63,443 nucleotides of DNA from Chara braunii. Its lineage: Eukaryota; Plantae; Charophyceae. Location of the stretch: positions 4,076,659-4,140,101 of the forward strand of contig BFEA01000037.1 in assembly GCA_003427395.1 (NCBI GenBank), read 5' to 3'. Numbering within the stretch: the first letter of the stretch is position 1; every line of letters starts with the position of its first letter. This document shows positions 36,814 to 49,810 of the stretch, one piece after another. A model generated the notes under the pieces. The model did not search any database. It was given only the letters and a program-made list of their open reading frames with translations, and was not told the DNA's origin. Position numbers and translations under genes: made by a program.

Positions 36814-39800
36814 CACAAACCAGAGGGTGAAAGCGAAGGGCCACCAACACCCTCTGCCCGCTCTTCCATCCTACACACAGAGAGAGAGGATTACAAACCA
36901 GAGGGTGAAAGCAAAGGGTGGGAGATAACCTTGAGCTTGAAGAATGTTTGAAAGAGAAGGGGGCAGAAAAGGTCAAAAGAGAGGGAGGACAGGAACCATC
37001 GGCGTCAATGTGTCTTCTATGGTGGCATATAATCCAGATGAAATCAGTTTGTCGAGGAAAAACTTCACATCCACTCAAAATTTCTGGTGATTACAATTAA
37101 AGGGAGAAAATGAGAGCTGGAGATTGCGGTGGCGTCAGAGATTGTCAATGATATGCCAGAGCAATTGTTGATCTGTCAGAGGGCAGTTTGCTGTTAGTCG
37201 CTTTTGATGGCTCTTCGGTTGTTTCATCTGTTACTACTCGCTCCATACGTCTCATATCCGTGGTTGATTGGCTGTCCTTCACTGTCGTCGATACGGAGCT
37301 GTAATACTCAAATAATTGCACATGAAAGTACGTTTTTTCAGTTGATTTTTCAGACTGGCCTTTTCTTCTCTCTTCTGTTATGCTTCTGTTCTGAACGCTA
37401 CTCGTATGCTTTTCCTTCTCAGATTGATTGCCTGCAAGTCAGTTCCTGAGATTGTGTGAGTGCAAGAAGTTTCTCCTTTTTCTGGTAATTGCCTTTCTTC
37501 TGCCCTTGTTCTTTTCCCGTTTTTTTCCCTGTATCTACATTTTTTATTAAGAGAGATAGACAGAGAGAAGGAGAGACAGAAAAGTCAGTACTCAATTGTT
37601 TTCATAAGCACGATCAGTGCACATGCACGTGCACCCACACTATAGAAAGGGACGGTTCTTTTCTTCTTTTTTTTCGTGTGTGTGTGTGTGTGTTGGTTGT
37701 GTGGCGGGGGGGAGGAAGAGGGAAGGATAGCGAGAGAGAAAGAGGGAGAGGGAGAGCGAACGCGCCCAGGGGATACAGAGAAAGAGAGAGGGCGGTGCTC
37801 GTTCGACCAAGGCACACGGCTATCTTTTGTACATGCGCTATTTCTGTTTTACGTTTCTGTATGTGCATTTGAACCCGGGATGAGAGAGAGAGAAAGGAGC
37901 CCACACCTTCCGCCACCATCTCCCTCCACGTGCCACCACCTTTGTTCGCACGGCCCCATGCCCACTGTCTCCCATCATCATTTGCTTGCACTAAGGAGTG
38001 TCTGTGAGAGAGACAAAGAGAGAGAAAAGGGAGCGCAACTGGCTCCCACTACCACTGAGGACCCGCCCTCTGTCTTCCAAACTCATGATACCTCTTTCGT
38101 CCCCCGGGCTGCCCACCCACTGTATTTCTCGGCTTCCTGCCCGCTGTAGTCCACCACCTGCACACGGGCATGAGAGGGAGAGGCGTTGAGAGAGCTGAGT
38201 CACCTCCACCCATTTGCTCCCATCTCTCCCCACTCGGGGGAGGGACGGGTGAGAGAACGAGAGAAGGGACGGAGAGAGATCTTTACCGTCTTCCCCCAAC
38301 ATAGAGCACTCAGATAATGAATGTGTACAAGCTATATTTCCAGTCGGTACAGCAAAAATGAGGGTGTGGGAAAGCAACAGCAAATGATATTAGGGTGCGC
38401 TGAGTCCGAGGGAAGACGGCAGTCAGGGAAGACGGCAGTCCCCGTCCTATCTTCCTGCCACACCACCTCCCCGCCACTTGCCTCTCTGCCTTCATTGCAC
38501 ACGACACCTGTTCCCCCTCCCTCTCTCACCTCCCCCACTTTTCTAGAGAAAATACCTTTCTGCAACAGGTCATCAAAATTAGAAAGCTCTCGTAAAGTGC
38601 CAAGACAAACTTAGAAAGCTCTCGTAAAGTGCCAAGACAAACTTGGGACGGAATATGGGGGTTTCTGTTTTTTTTTTCTGTTCTTTCTTCGCAGGCAAAG
38701 CCGCAACTCGTAAATCGGAATGAAACCAAGCCACTTACGACTCCGAGATCTCTGAGCTTTGCTGCAATGTCAATTGGCTCATCCCCGCTATGGGCCGCAG
38801 CAGGAGAGCAGTCTGATCTTGTCCTCTCAGTCTTCAGCCACTTATATATCCCTTGTATCATCAACAGAGAACTATATTCGACATCCCCTTGACCACGTCA
38901 TACGTCTTTCATGGCTGATCTTGTTCGCCACAGGCGCTGCATGGTATAACATCTCCAGGTCACGAGCGCACCAAGCCACGGGCAAGCCAGGTCCACATTG
39001 CAGGGGATGCACGTGGCTTCACTCTGGCCGCAATAAACGGGTACAGATGAAACACAAACTGACCACTCGTCAGCTTACAACTTCACGGCCATGGATGGAT
39101 CAGCGCGGGAGCTCAAATTGCGACACGAGCGGTCAGGAAAAACAAAGGGGTCTTCAAGTGAGAGGTTATGGTTCTTATGGAGCCTAGATAGACACCACCA
39201 CTTCCCAAACAACACTAGGGGGCGCAGAATCAGTGTCAGGGCTGCTCAGATAAGAACGTGAGTGTTTGGGGCAAGCTCTTGAACATGGCCACCTTCTTCA
39301 TCTCTGCCACGAATGCAATGCACCAGCCTCAATACTACATTTGCAAGACATGAAGAGGGTCTGCATTCATGATAATGGGGCGTTAAGTTCGGGGGAAGAA
39401 GGAAGGCAGAAGGACCACCGGAAGGCAGTCTTATCTATCAGGCCCGCCCGCATGCCATCTCTACTCTGGGGTCAGAATCACAAGTTCCTGCCTCAGAAGC
39501 GGACGACAACAAAGGTGGGAAACAGGCAGATCGTTGCCGGTCACACAACCTGATGGATGTGGGTACAGACCATTTACTTAGGAAGAGCGTGAACATAGTA
39601 TGGTGGATAATGACAGACCAACCCCTCAATACATCACTGCTTAAGCTCGCTCTGCAACCAACCATGGGTGACCACTGAAGCTATTGGGCCCCATACAATA
39701 ACGGTTGCCTGGTGTTTGGAATACGTCTCATTATAATAATAATGTGGCATTCGGGATAGACTGGTCGGTTGCCAGCTGCTTGGAATAGGTCTCGCAACTG

Positions 39801-40909
39801 ACGAAGAGCCAAAGAGGAAATTCGAAATGATGAATATGCTTCCATAACTGACGAAGTGGAAATTCGTTTGCCTAACTCGGTTCACATTACTTCAAAGTTG
39901 AGTGGTCAAGGGGGTAATATAACGCGTCATTCGGGATAGGGTGGCCGGCAGTGTTCCGAATGAGGGTATGCCTAAATCGGTTCACATTACTTCAAATGAG
40001 GGTATGACGTACGTACCCGGTCGATGTATGAAATGTACGCACATGTAACTCTTGACTGATAGACAAATCAAGAGTTCGAAACCTGCCGGATACCGTAATG
40101 CTAACGAACGGCTATTCAATTTAGGCCACCCGCTTCAGGAGGATGGATGTGCTGCCCGAAGTCCCTTTTTTGGGGGACGAGGAGCCTAGCAAACTTTCAG
40201 GGATATCTTCAGCGACCAATTGAAGAAATACATCACATTCTTCAGCCAGCAGCCCTAGCGCCTCTAATAATATATTTGCACTCGCTCTCATCTCCATCTG
40301 TGCTCAAGTGCCTCCCAGAAAAGCACACCAATAGCTGAGAGAAAGTTTGTTTGCTGGAATGCCTCTCGTTGGAATTTTACCTTTCTTTTTCCAGTTGAGG
40401 GCGTTTAAACAAGCGTCTGAACAAATGGAGGAACTGGCGCAAACAGCACAAGTGCAGCAGGGTGTTGGGGAGGCCCTGTAAGCCGAGCGAACTGTAGAGG
40501 TAGGGAGGGAGGGAGGGAGGGAGGGAGGGAGGGAGGGAATCGAGGGAAGTATCCCAAGTTTCAGCCCCTACACATCCCACATAGGTTGCCTTTGACCGCT
40601 ACTGTTTCTGGACTGGCTAGTCCAAGCACGACACCTTGTACAGTGGGGCCCGCCCGGCTCTCGAAAGCGCACATACAGCAACATGTGTCTGAAATGGAAC
40701 GCGCACGCATGGTAGGTGCACAGCGAACAACGTATGAGAGGGGACTGCTGCTGCACCCGTGATGGGAAATTCTAGTAAGCGAAAGGACATACATAGACGA
40801 GGGGGCGGGAGGGCGAGAGATAGATAGTGAGAAAAGGCATAGTAGCAAATAAAATGCGTGCACTGTAGACTCTCGGGTTTGTTTCCTGTCCTGAATGTTC
40901 ATTACTGAC

Positions 40910-42193
40910 CTGTCCAAGGTCTGCGAGCAGCTGTCCGTCGGCTCCAACGCAAGAGAGATTCCACCTCAGCAAGGGCCTGAGCCTTTCGTCCATTCTGCAC
41001 GCCCCGACTGTCTGCCACTGGAACGTCTGAACCCAAGATGCCACAGCTCCTCCTCCCATTCCCATAGGATTAGTGGAACACCTGGCACTTCCCTCGGCAG
41101 CGGGCTGCAGCCCCCCAGCCGAAGAAACGCCAGGAGCAGCAGCACCCCCAGCACCACCATCACCGCGTCCTCCATCTCTCGCTTCCCCTGCCAAGCCATC
41201 ATTCCTCAGTTCGGCCTCCATGGAGGCCGAGCTCCTCCCTCTCGTCGACCCACTTCTACTGGCAACCCGACCACTGCCCCTCCCCCCAACAGTCACACCC
41301 ATCTGTCCACACGATCTCGAATGCAGGAGCGATCGTCGACGGCACCCACCATCGCGATCCTCCCCCGCTCCTCCTTGATTGAGCATCCCGCCTCCGGTTC
41401 CCGCCATCAACCCCTCGTCGTTATTCCTTGAAGCCCCTCCCACGTATGCCCAAGGGAGCGCAGGCGCTCTCCCATAGACCTCGCCCACTGCTCTCAAACC
41501 AGAGGCAAGGCGTTGATCCCCTCCCCCTCCAGAGCGATCGAAGCAGTCCCACCCCCCCTCGTCACTGCTCTTCGACGTCGAAGCCACACTAGACGACCCG
41601 TAGCTGTTAGCCACAGACGAAGACGATGACGAAGTCGAGAGAGGGAGAGAACAAGCCGGAGAAGAACAAGCGTTTAGCTCCACGTCCGCCCGATTTTTCT
41701 CTCTGTTATTGTTACTTGACTCGCTTCGCCTTGCCTTGTTATCGATATTTCGCCCCATAACCCCATCGCTGCTACGTTCTGACGGGCTACGGCTGCCACC
41801 TGCTAAACCGGGTGGTGTTGAGGTCGGCCCTGCTCTAGCCGGTAACCTGGGAGGAAGGCCCGTGGTTTTCCTCCCGCCGTCATACCTCTCCAGTAACGGG
41901 AGGATTCCTCTAAGTCGATGGCTTCGACTCCTATCCCGATCCCGTGAAGAGCCCGTTCCGGCGGCGGAACGCGACTCCCAACCAAGATTGCTGGTTGCTT
42001 GCCAAGCCGACCCTTCCCGTCGATCTTCGTCCTCGTCGCCATCATGGGGGATGCCGTCGCAGTCAACATGAGGTCCAGGCACTCGCCCTCCGAAACACCT
42101 ATCGTGCCGGAGCTGATCATTCCTCCCAGCATCAGCCATCGCCCTTTGACTTCGGGCGACTCCAGGGTCCTCGTCTCGACTGCTCCGGACTAA

Positions 42194-42228
<35 letters not shown>

Positions 42229-42754
42229 CCCCTATCTGCGAGCGGTAGTTTTGGTACCCCCTCCTATTACGAAACGAGAACTTCTTCCTCTCCTCCTCCC
42301 TCTCCTCCTCGGAGGAGGAAGAGGAAAATGGCGACGACGGCAATTTGGACGGAGCTCGACAGTTAAAAGGGGCCGCACCATCCTGTATCAGAGCACTGGC
42401 GCAGTCATCTGCGCCTCCTCGTCCGCCGCCGAGAACCCATCCACGGCCGTCTCCATCTCTAGTCGCCCCTCCTCCCCCTACTCCCCCTCCCGCCCCTGCT
42501 CGACAGTTCAAAGAGGCGGCACCATCCTGTATCCGAGCACTGGCGCAGTCATCTGCGCCTCCTCGTCCGCCGCCGAGAACCCATCTACGGCTGTCTCCAT
42601 CTCTAGTAGCCCCTCCTCCCCCTCCTCCCCCTCCCGCCCCTCCCCCTCCGTCTATTCTCACCAGGCCCCGTGCCCCCTCTTCCGCCACCCTGGGTTCTTC
42701 AATGACCGCTTCTCCCGCAGCACCGTACTCCCCGTTACCCCTGGCGTCCTCCAT
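40910..42754 (-). CDS. Exon 1 (615 codons) of a large plant-type gene with an RPN13/Pru-like domain; Gly/Ser/Arg-rich N-terminus
   Basis: Starts at ATG 42754 and is open for 1845 nt. Ends ...WQTVGACRMDERLRPLLRWNLSCVGADGQLLADLGQ at a phase-0 donor CAG|GTCAGT. This end resembles, from memory, an uncharacterised land-plant family (At2g39950-like; unverified). Confidence 0.8.
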
Positions 42755-42845
42755 GGTGAGCTTCGTGCCAATTGGGATTCGAGGGCTGATTGCCCGCCGC
42801 CTGACCGCCTACCTCGCTTCCCCGCGGACCGGCAAGCCGAAGCCG

Positions 42846-42924
<79 letters not shown>

Positions 42925-43041
42925 CCCGCTTTTTTCCTATGATCGCGGAGCATTCTATGGCGAATTCAATTATTGACAGATTTCCAATGGCCTGCTTGTC
43001 GTGCGTTTTTACGCCGCCGCTAAAAGCAAATCTAAGCAAAG

Positions 43042-43100
<59 letters not shown>

Positions 43101-46100
43101 CTATGATCGGGGAAGCATTCTCCGGCGTTTTCATTTATTGACAGATTTTCAATGCCCTGCCTTTCGTGCGTTTTGCCGCCACCGCCATAAGCAGATGCGA
43201 GCGACGCCCTCTCACTCTCATCCGCCCTTCACTATTCCATTTCTATCATTCTGCGGGGCCGTAGGCAAGTACCCCGCCGCGCCAAACCCCACGCGCGGTG
43301 GAGTGTCACGCTATAATGATCATCGTGAATACATTCGCTTCAAAACCTAAGGTCCTCTTCACGCGGCATGGAATTACACAACCAATCACCGAGACAGAGA
43401 GGTCGCCCTCCATGCACATTCTCATCATTTTATCACAGAAGAGGAGAGACGGCGTCCACGCTTCCGTGCTCGGCATGCATCCGCTGAGAGGCGTTCAGTC
43501 CTGCTGACATACACAGACCCCTTCCTCAGAGAAAGAGGGGGGAGGAGGATGGACGTCGGAGATCTCTGCCATCTCCCTTTCCTATTCTTCACTCTCCCGT
43601 TTCACTTCTCGAGCTGTTCGACATCACCGCCAACCTTTTTGCCCAGCACCCACCTGCCGCATGGAGAGACATTTACACCGCCAACCAGCCATGCATGCAA
43701 AGCGCCTGCACACTCAGTAGAGAAAGAGAACCGAGCGGAGAGTGCAGAGGAAGGTGCAACGAAGCCCACGACAGGAAAACCGACAAAAGAGCAAAGTCAA
43801 ATTTTCCGTCAGGCAACCATCATAAGTACGTTAAATAAATGAAGACACACGAACAGTAATAAATCCAAGTATTCAACAAACAAATGCATCATAAATTGCG
43901 AAGTCGCAGCGATGAGTTGCTAACTGCTGAGTGCGCCCGTCTGCCGAAATGACCAATCTTTTCTCCCACCTAACGAAAACCGCGCGCGCGCTCGAACACA
44001 CGCACACGCGCACGAAAGGTCACACGATCATGGCCAACGTGCCAGGCCATACTTCCTTCTTTCACGAAATAAAGATAACGCGAGAGAGCAGAGAGAAGCC
44101 GTGTAAGAAGAGGGGAAGAGATGGGAGTAGGACGGTTGCCTGTCTCGTCTGTGGGCCAGATGTCAATCTGGCATGACAATGACAGCCCAAGCAGAATACA
44201 CGGACCTGAATAGCGAACAAAGAGAACACAAAGGCAGGGGAGGGGCGCGGGTGCTGCTCGACGGGGCGGAGGGCTAGCGCATGGGAACGGTGGGAAGAGA
44301 GGATAATAGCATGCAAGGGAAGATGGGAATACCACGCGGAAGATATGGAAATTACTAGAAGCCGTGGAAGGAGGAGAGAAGGACGCATCGGAAGAGATGG
44401 GAATAGGATGCCTCGGAAGAGATTGAGACACAGGAGGAGATGGGAATAGGAATGCCTGGCAAAGAAGAAGGAATGGAACGCGAGGGACGACAAGGATAAG
44501 AGGGCGCGGCGCGCAGCGCTGACATGAGGCGAAAGGGGAGGAGGAAAGGATAAACGTTGGCGCTTCACAAACACCTGCAGAGAGTCAAACGGGTAGATAC
44601 AGCTATTGGTCAAGCGAAGAGACGAGATCGCCCCGCCACCACCAGTACCACCATAGACTCCGCTCTGTCAAACTCCCTCCAAACAAGCACCACCCTGCGC
44701 ATCATTCCAATTAAAACACATCCTCCCCTTCCGCATCATGATGCAGAGAAAAGGCAGCCAAGCAGAGATGACGTGGCAACGTACACTGCGCCATGCTAAC
44801 GTGGCAAAATCATACCCTGACCGTCATGGGCGCATGTACATCACAAGACCGGTTACCGTCCCGATTGCTTTGCCTCATTACAATCGCCCTCGGAGATAGT
44901 AGCGCGCCATAATCGGATGACGTCAAGGGATTTCCAGCGAGCCACGTCCCACATACACGCCCAAGGGCAGAGTTGTAAACCGGAGAACTGGACGCAGGAG
45001 CGATAGAAAGCCAAGGCCGTAGGCATAGCCAACAAACAACATGAGAAGAACAAGGGGCGTGAATACACGCATGCATGCAGGCTTGCATGACCATCACCGC
45101 TACTCACCTTGCCGATGAGGATGCATGGCTCCAAGCAGCAGGGCGACACAGCAACCTTTCGTCACTGCTTCAACGACGCCATCTAGTCAATGCTGTTCCG
45201 ACAGCGCTCAGCGATTCGCTGCGCGCTCCGAGCGAACGGCCATGGTGACCCCTCTTCCACAGCACGCCATTCTACCCGCCAGCACGATTCTGCCACACGT
45301 CAGCTCCTTGCAACATCAACCTCGGAGAGCACGATACACAGAAGATAGGGCCGCCGGATGAATTTGAAACACACGAGCACAGGGCCAATACACATGGCGA
45401 AGGGGATAGAGGGGAGTGGGAAGGAGGGAGGGAGCCGGAGAAAGACGAGCAGCCTCATGCCATCCTCTTCCCAAACAGAAGCAATCCGTTTCCCGCATTC
45501 TTTGTTGCTTTGCTAAACGAAAGCGAAAGCAGTGAACTCTCTGGCTGTAAGGTGACGCAAAGTCGGCTATCTGGCGTGCAACCAAGTTCCGCCGCGACGT
45601 CCAAACAGTTTGACATGACTTCGGGCCGAAGCGCGAGGAATGCAACAGGGCTGAACTGCGGGCGACACGCAAGCGCCCAAAAGCATCCCGACGATCCTTT
45701 TCGCTCGCCCGTCCTCTCCTACTCCCTCCGTCTGTCTTGGCAAATCGGGAGCTCATTCCCAGTGGCGGATTGTCCGCGATACCGTGCCCACCGAAGGGCC
45801 GATCAATACGTGTTCGTGTCGTCGTCGCTCAGGCACCGCGTTCTGCGGCGCCAGAACCACACACGGCCCAGGGCTGGACAGGGCATGCACCCGTGAAGCC
45901 CGGAGCGGCGGGTCCCATTTCGTCTCCAAGCTCCAAATTCGGAGGGACGGTAGCGCCCCAAACGCGGCGCGCCGAGCCGAGAAGGGACCCCAACGGGCGG
46001 GGTATCAGAAACCCGATGTGGCGGTAAAAGATTGGGCCTCGTTAGACACTCCTCGGGCGCATAAATTCCCCGACGAAATCTTTTCTTTTTTTTTTTTAAC

Positions 46101-46751
46101 CGNNNNNNNNNNNNNNNTTTTTTTTTTTTAACCGCCAGTACCTATGGCAGGTACTGGTGGTTTAATAGAAGGGGCCCTGAGGGCTTCATCCTAACCCTTA
46201 AACCGGCAGGAGCGGGGGGGTGGAGCGCTAGTACCGGGCGAGTAGCATTAGCGCTCCGGCCGCTCGCGTCGCCGCGTGAAATTTTCTCGCTGTTTCACAC
46301 GGCGCTGTTCGCAGCCCGCCAGGGATGCGTTTTCCCCCCTGAGACATTTCAACGTCAGTCAAAAATTTCAACGTCTGTGGTCATCAGGAGGGTGGTCATT
46401 TTTTGGTTTCGGGGCCTAGCAAGGGGCGCAGAGGCGTAGGACCGCTGTTGAGGTGCTCGTCGGGCTTTTGGGAGGTGGTAGTAGTGAAAACATCGCCGTT
46501 GGCGGTAGTTGGCGAAACGGCGTTTTGGTCCTTGGACCTTGGGCACGTAAAATTTTGGCGGTCGCCGAAACGGCCCTTGCGCATTGTTGACGTTCTGGGC
46601 CTTGGACCTTGGGCACGTAAAATTTTGGCGGTCGCCGAAACGGCCCTTGCGCATTGCTGACGTCGTGGAAACGGCACAATCGCGCAAACGTCGCCCTTCG
46701 CCCTTGCAACTTTCGCACAAATGGCAGCCAGGCGTTGTTGCATGGTGGGTT

Positions 46752-46829
<78 letters not shown>

Positions 46830-47025
46830 TCTCTTGTACGATGATGATGTATGTTGAGACTGCATTGCAACATTGATTGTTCAGATCATTGGTATCTCTG
46901 TCTTCCGCTACGCTGTACGTACACACACACACACACACAAACACACAGACACACATACACACATACACACACACACGTCTGAAAACCAGATGTGTTACCC
47001 TTGAACTGTTGAAATAAGGACCCTT

Positions 47026-47096
<71 letters not shown>

Positions 47097-47372
47097 CAGG
47101 CCGATATGTATGTAGGGTCTGGCTCCATTACTCTCCACATGCACATTAGACAAAAAATATGGCGGTGCATCTTTCCATGTTCTAGCGGCAGATTCGTTCT
47201 CAATTTGCACATTTGGTGAGTGCTAGAGTGAGGCCCATACAGTAGGCAAAGCCGAAAAGTCAGAACCGACCGAGGAGTTGAGCGCGAATCAAAGCGTCCA
47301 AGTGGCTGCCACGTGTGCTTGAGAGTGCAGGCCCTGGGAACGGGGAGAGGGCGGGGGTCACCCGTCTTACCC

Positions 47373-47473
47373 GTCTTCCCCCGAACATAACGCACCCTGA
47401 TTCTGAATGTATGCAAACCATCTTTTCAGTCGGATGCAGTCATAATGAGGGTGCGCTGTGTTCGGGGGAAGAC
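47373..47473. mobile_element. Small hairpin or MITE with inverted ends of about 26 bp; second copy at about 38287-38420
   Basis: gtcttcccccgaacataacgcaccct ... agggtgcgctgtgttcgggggaagac. Confidence 0.55.
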
Positions 47474-49244
47474 ATAGGCTCGTTTGTTCATGTAATATAT
47501 ATGTGTTTTGTCGTCAATCGGTCAAGGAGATATCTCGTTGATGCGGGAAAGAAATGAGGCTTGACGAGGGAGTGGGGGGGCGGAGGGGAGTGAACGAAGG
47601 GGAGAAGGCAAGAGAGTGTGATCAGACCAGATGGATTAGCTCGGTGAAGACAGGGAGAGGGAAGGGGCGCTTACCATCAGATCACAGGAAAGAAGAGCCA
47701 TAGCCGAAACACTACTTGACATGGTCTTGCCGAATGCTACTGACGAAGATGAGGGACGTGGCCTCGACGCGTAGCTAGCTTTTGCACACCCCGCTGCCTC
47801 TTCTTTTTCGTCAAGGAAAGCCGTCTTTGCTATTTGTATGCTTTGTATTTTTTTCGAATTTTATTATAGTTTTCGAACTTTTTTTGCTCGTACCATGAGA
47901 AATAACCGTAATCATTATATTATTTTATTTAATTTTCTTGTTATTGAATAAATACATTTTAAATCTTATTAATATATATTATCATACAAAACTATACCCA
48001 AAAAAGTATAAACTGAATAAAATCTTTGCGATCGAATTCAAATATTTGTCATAATTGAGCACGTCGAGCATATTTTTTCACAGTAGCAGGTTTCACACTC
48101 TCTTCCCACCATCCATTCATCTACTTGTCAAATATCTTTGCACATACTGATGTACAGATCGATGTGTACATGGATACTAGTAATCAGTGTGTCACATACA
48201 TTGGGATGGAGTAATCAATCACACCATACTTCTTTCCACCGACTCTAGATCTATGAATTCTCTCTTCTTCTTGGTGTAGTAAATGATGACTTTCAGTCTT
48301 CTTCGTGTAGCTCCCGCTCTTTGGCTACGCGCCAAAGAGCTGTGACTGATTCTGACGCGCGTGCGCCGTGCTAATCGAAGCGCAGAGGCAAGGATGGTCT
48401 TACACAACTAGCATCGGGGAGGAGTTGTCTGCTTGTGTACTCTCTCTCTCTCTCTGGATTTATTATTTTCTGAAAATCGAATCTCCATTTCTATCTTGTA
48501 ATGTTTTCAAACCAAAATCTTCTGAAGCCTATCAGCAGTTAGTTCTTTTAGCCATATTATGACATTGTCATTTTCGTTCAAACAGGACTTACTTATTTTG
48601 CGAATCAAAACGCGATGGGCTTTGCCAAAACGAGTCTTTCTGGCTCGCCCTCTTGTGATGTCTCTTTAGTCAGTTGCGTTCACTTTCGGCGACTTGGTAG
48701 ACGTGTCTCGTCATTATGTTGTCCTTCGTTCTCTCCCTTCCCTTTGCTCAACCCGTTTCCTTCCGTGTCCTTCCTTCTCTTCAAAACCTCCTGTTCTTTC
48801 TTTCTTTTTCATTCTCTTGCCTGGGGTTTATGGAACTCGAGAGGCCTCAACGATTACATTGTATTATTTTGAACTCCTTTGGCACTTGGCTTGTCACGCT
48901 CAATTTCACGTACCGCCTCTATAGTCAAGGAAAAGATGGCGGCGATCTTCTGATTGATTGCCAATCATGCCTTGGTGGGTGATTAGGGTTGGAGACGGTT
49001 GCTGATGATGGAGAATGGACGGTGGAAGGAGGTGGTGTTGGTCTTGAGGAACTTGCGTTCTGTCTTGTACGCTTGTGTACTCTCTCTCTCTGTCAATTTC
49101 TTTCACAAATCTATGTTTGGTTCCTTTGGATTTCAGATGTTTATTATCATCCGGTGAGACAGACGTGTCAGGTTTTGCGCTGTGATTGCTTGTGTCTATT
49201 GTTTTTCCACGTGTTTATTTGCTGTATAGTTCGTTCTTGCGCAT

Positions 49245-49317
49245 TGATTACCTGTTCAAGCTCCTCCTCATCGGAGATTCAGGAGTGGGGAAGTCATGCC
49301 TTCTCCTTCGGGTCGCC
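49245..49317 (+). pseudogene. RABD: Isolated RabD/Rab1 (YPT1-like) GTPase exon, apparently non-functional
   Basis: Encodes [24 protein letters not shown] (G1 P-loop) in 73 nt ending at a GT donor. The acceptor reads CAT rather than CAG, the conserved RFA is RVA, and no further Rab exons were found. Confidence 0.8.
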
Positions 49318-49410
49318 GTGAATGGCTTTTTGTGCCTCACGCGTTGTTACAGCCAGTCTTGTCCTTTTCTTCCTCAATGCCTATATTTTTTTCAATGACT
49401 CTCCGTGTAT

Positions 49411-49810
49411 GTAGGGTTCTGACTCCTGAGGAGTTGGTAGGTGAAACGTCAAGGAAACAGTTTGTCACAACCACTCCCTCGTTCGTGGTTCTCTTCTCCC
49501 TCTCTCTCTACCTATGGTTTACTGAGTAGTTTTGTGTGACGATAAACTATGATTGAGAGTGTGTGACAATATGTATCTTCTGACACACAGGGATGGGGGC
49601 AACAGTCAGCAGTCAACGTGTGTCATCCACGTCGCTGGCCTTGTACGTAAGAGGTAGGTGATGAACACGTGGTCCTTCCCTTGTTTTCCTTTTTTTGTTT
49701 TGTCTTTTTCCGCCTTTGCGCTCTGATTCCCTGTGTGACAAAGATATATAGATGAGTCGATGAAACTCCGACGAAACAGTTTATCACAACCCCTTGTTTA
49801 TTGTCCTTGT
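49411..49810 (+). mobile_element. Second cluster of the ribozyme-bearing retroposon family
   Basis: Degenerate hammerhead 49411-49465 followed by the family tail ending tgtgacgata. Pseudoknot motif 49581-49646 with a tail homologous to 28012-28120. Partial hammerhead gatgagtcgatgaaactccgacgaaacagtt at about 49750-49782. Confidence 0.75.
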
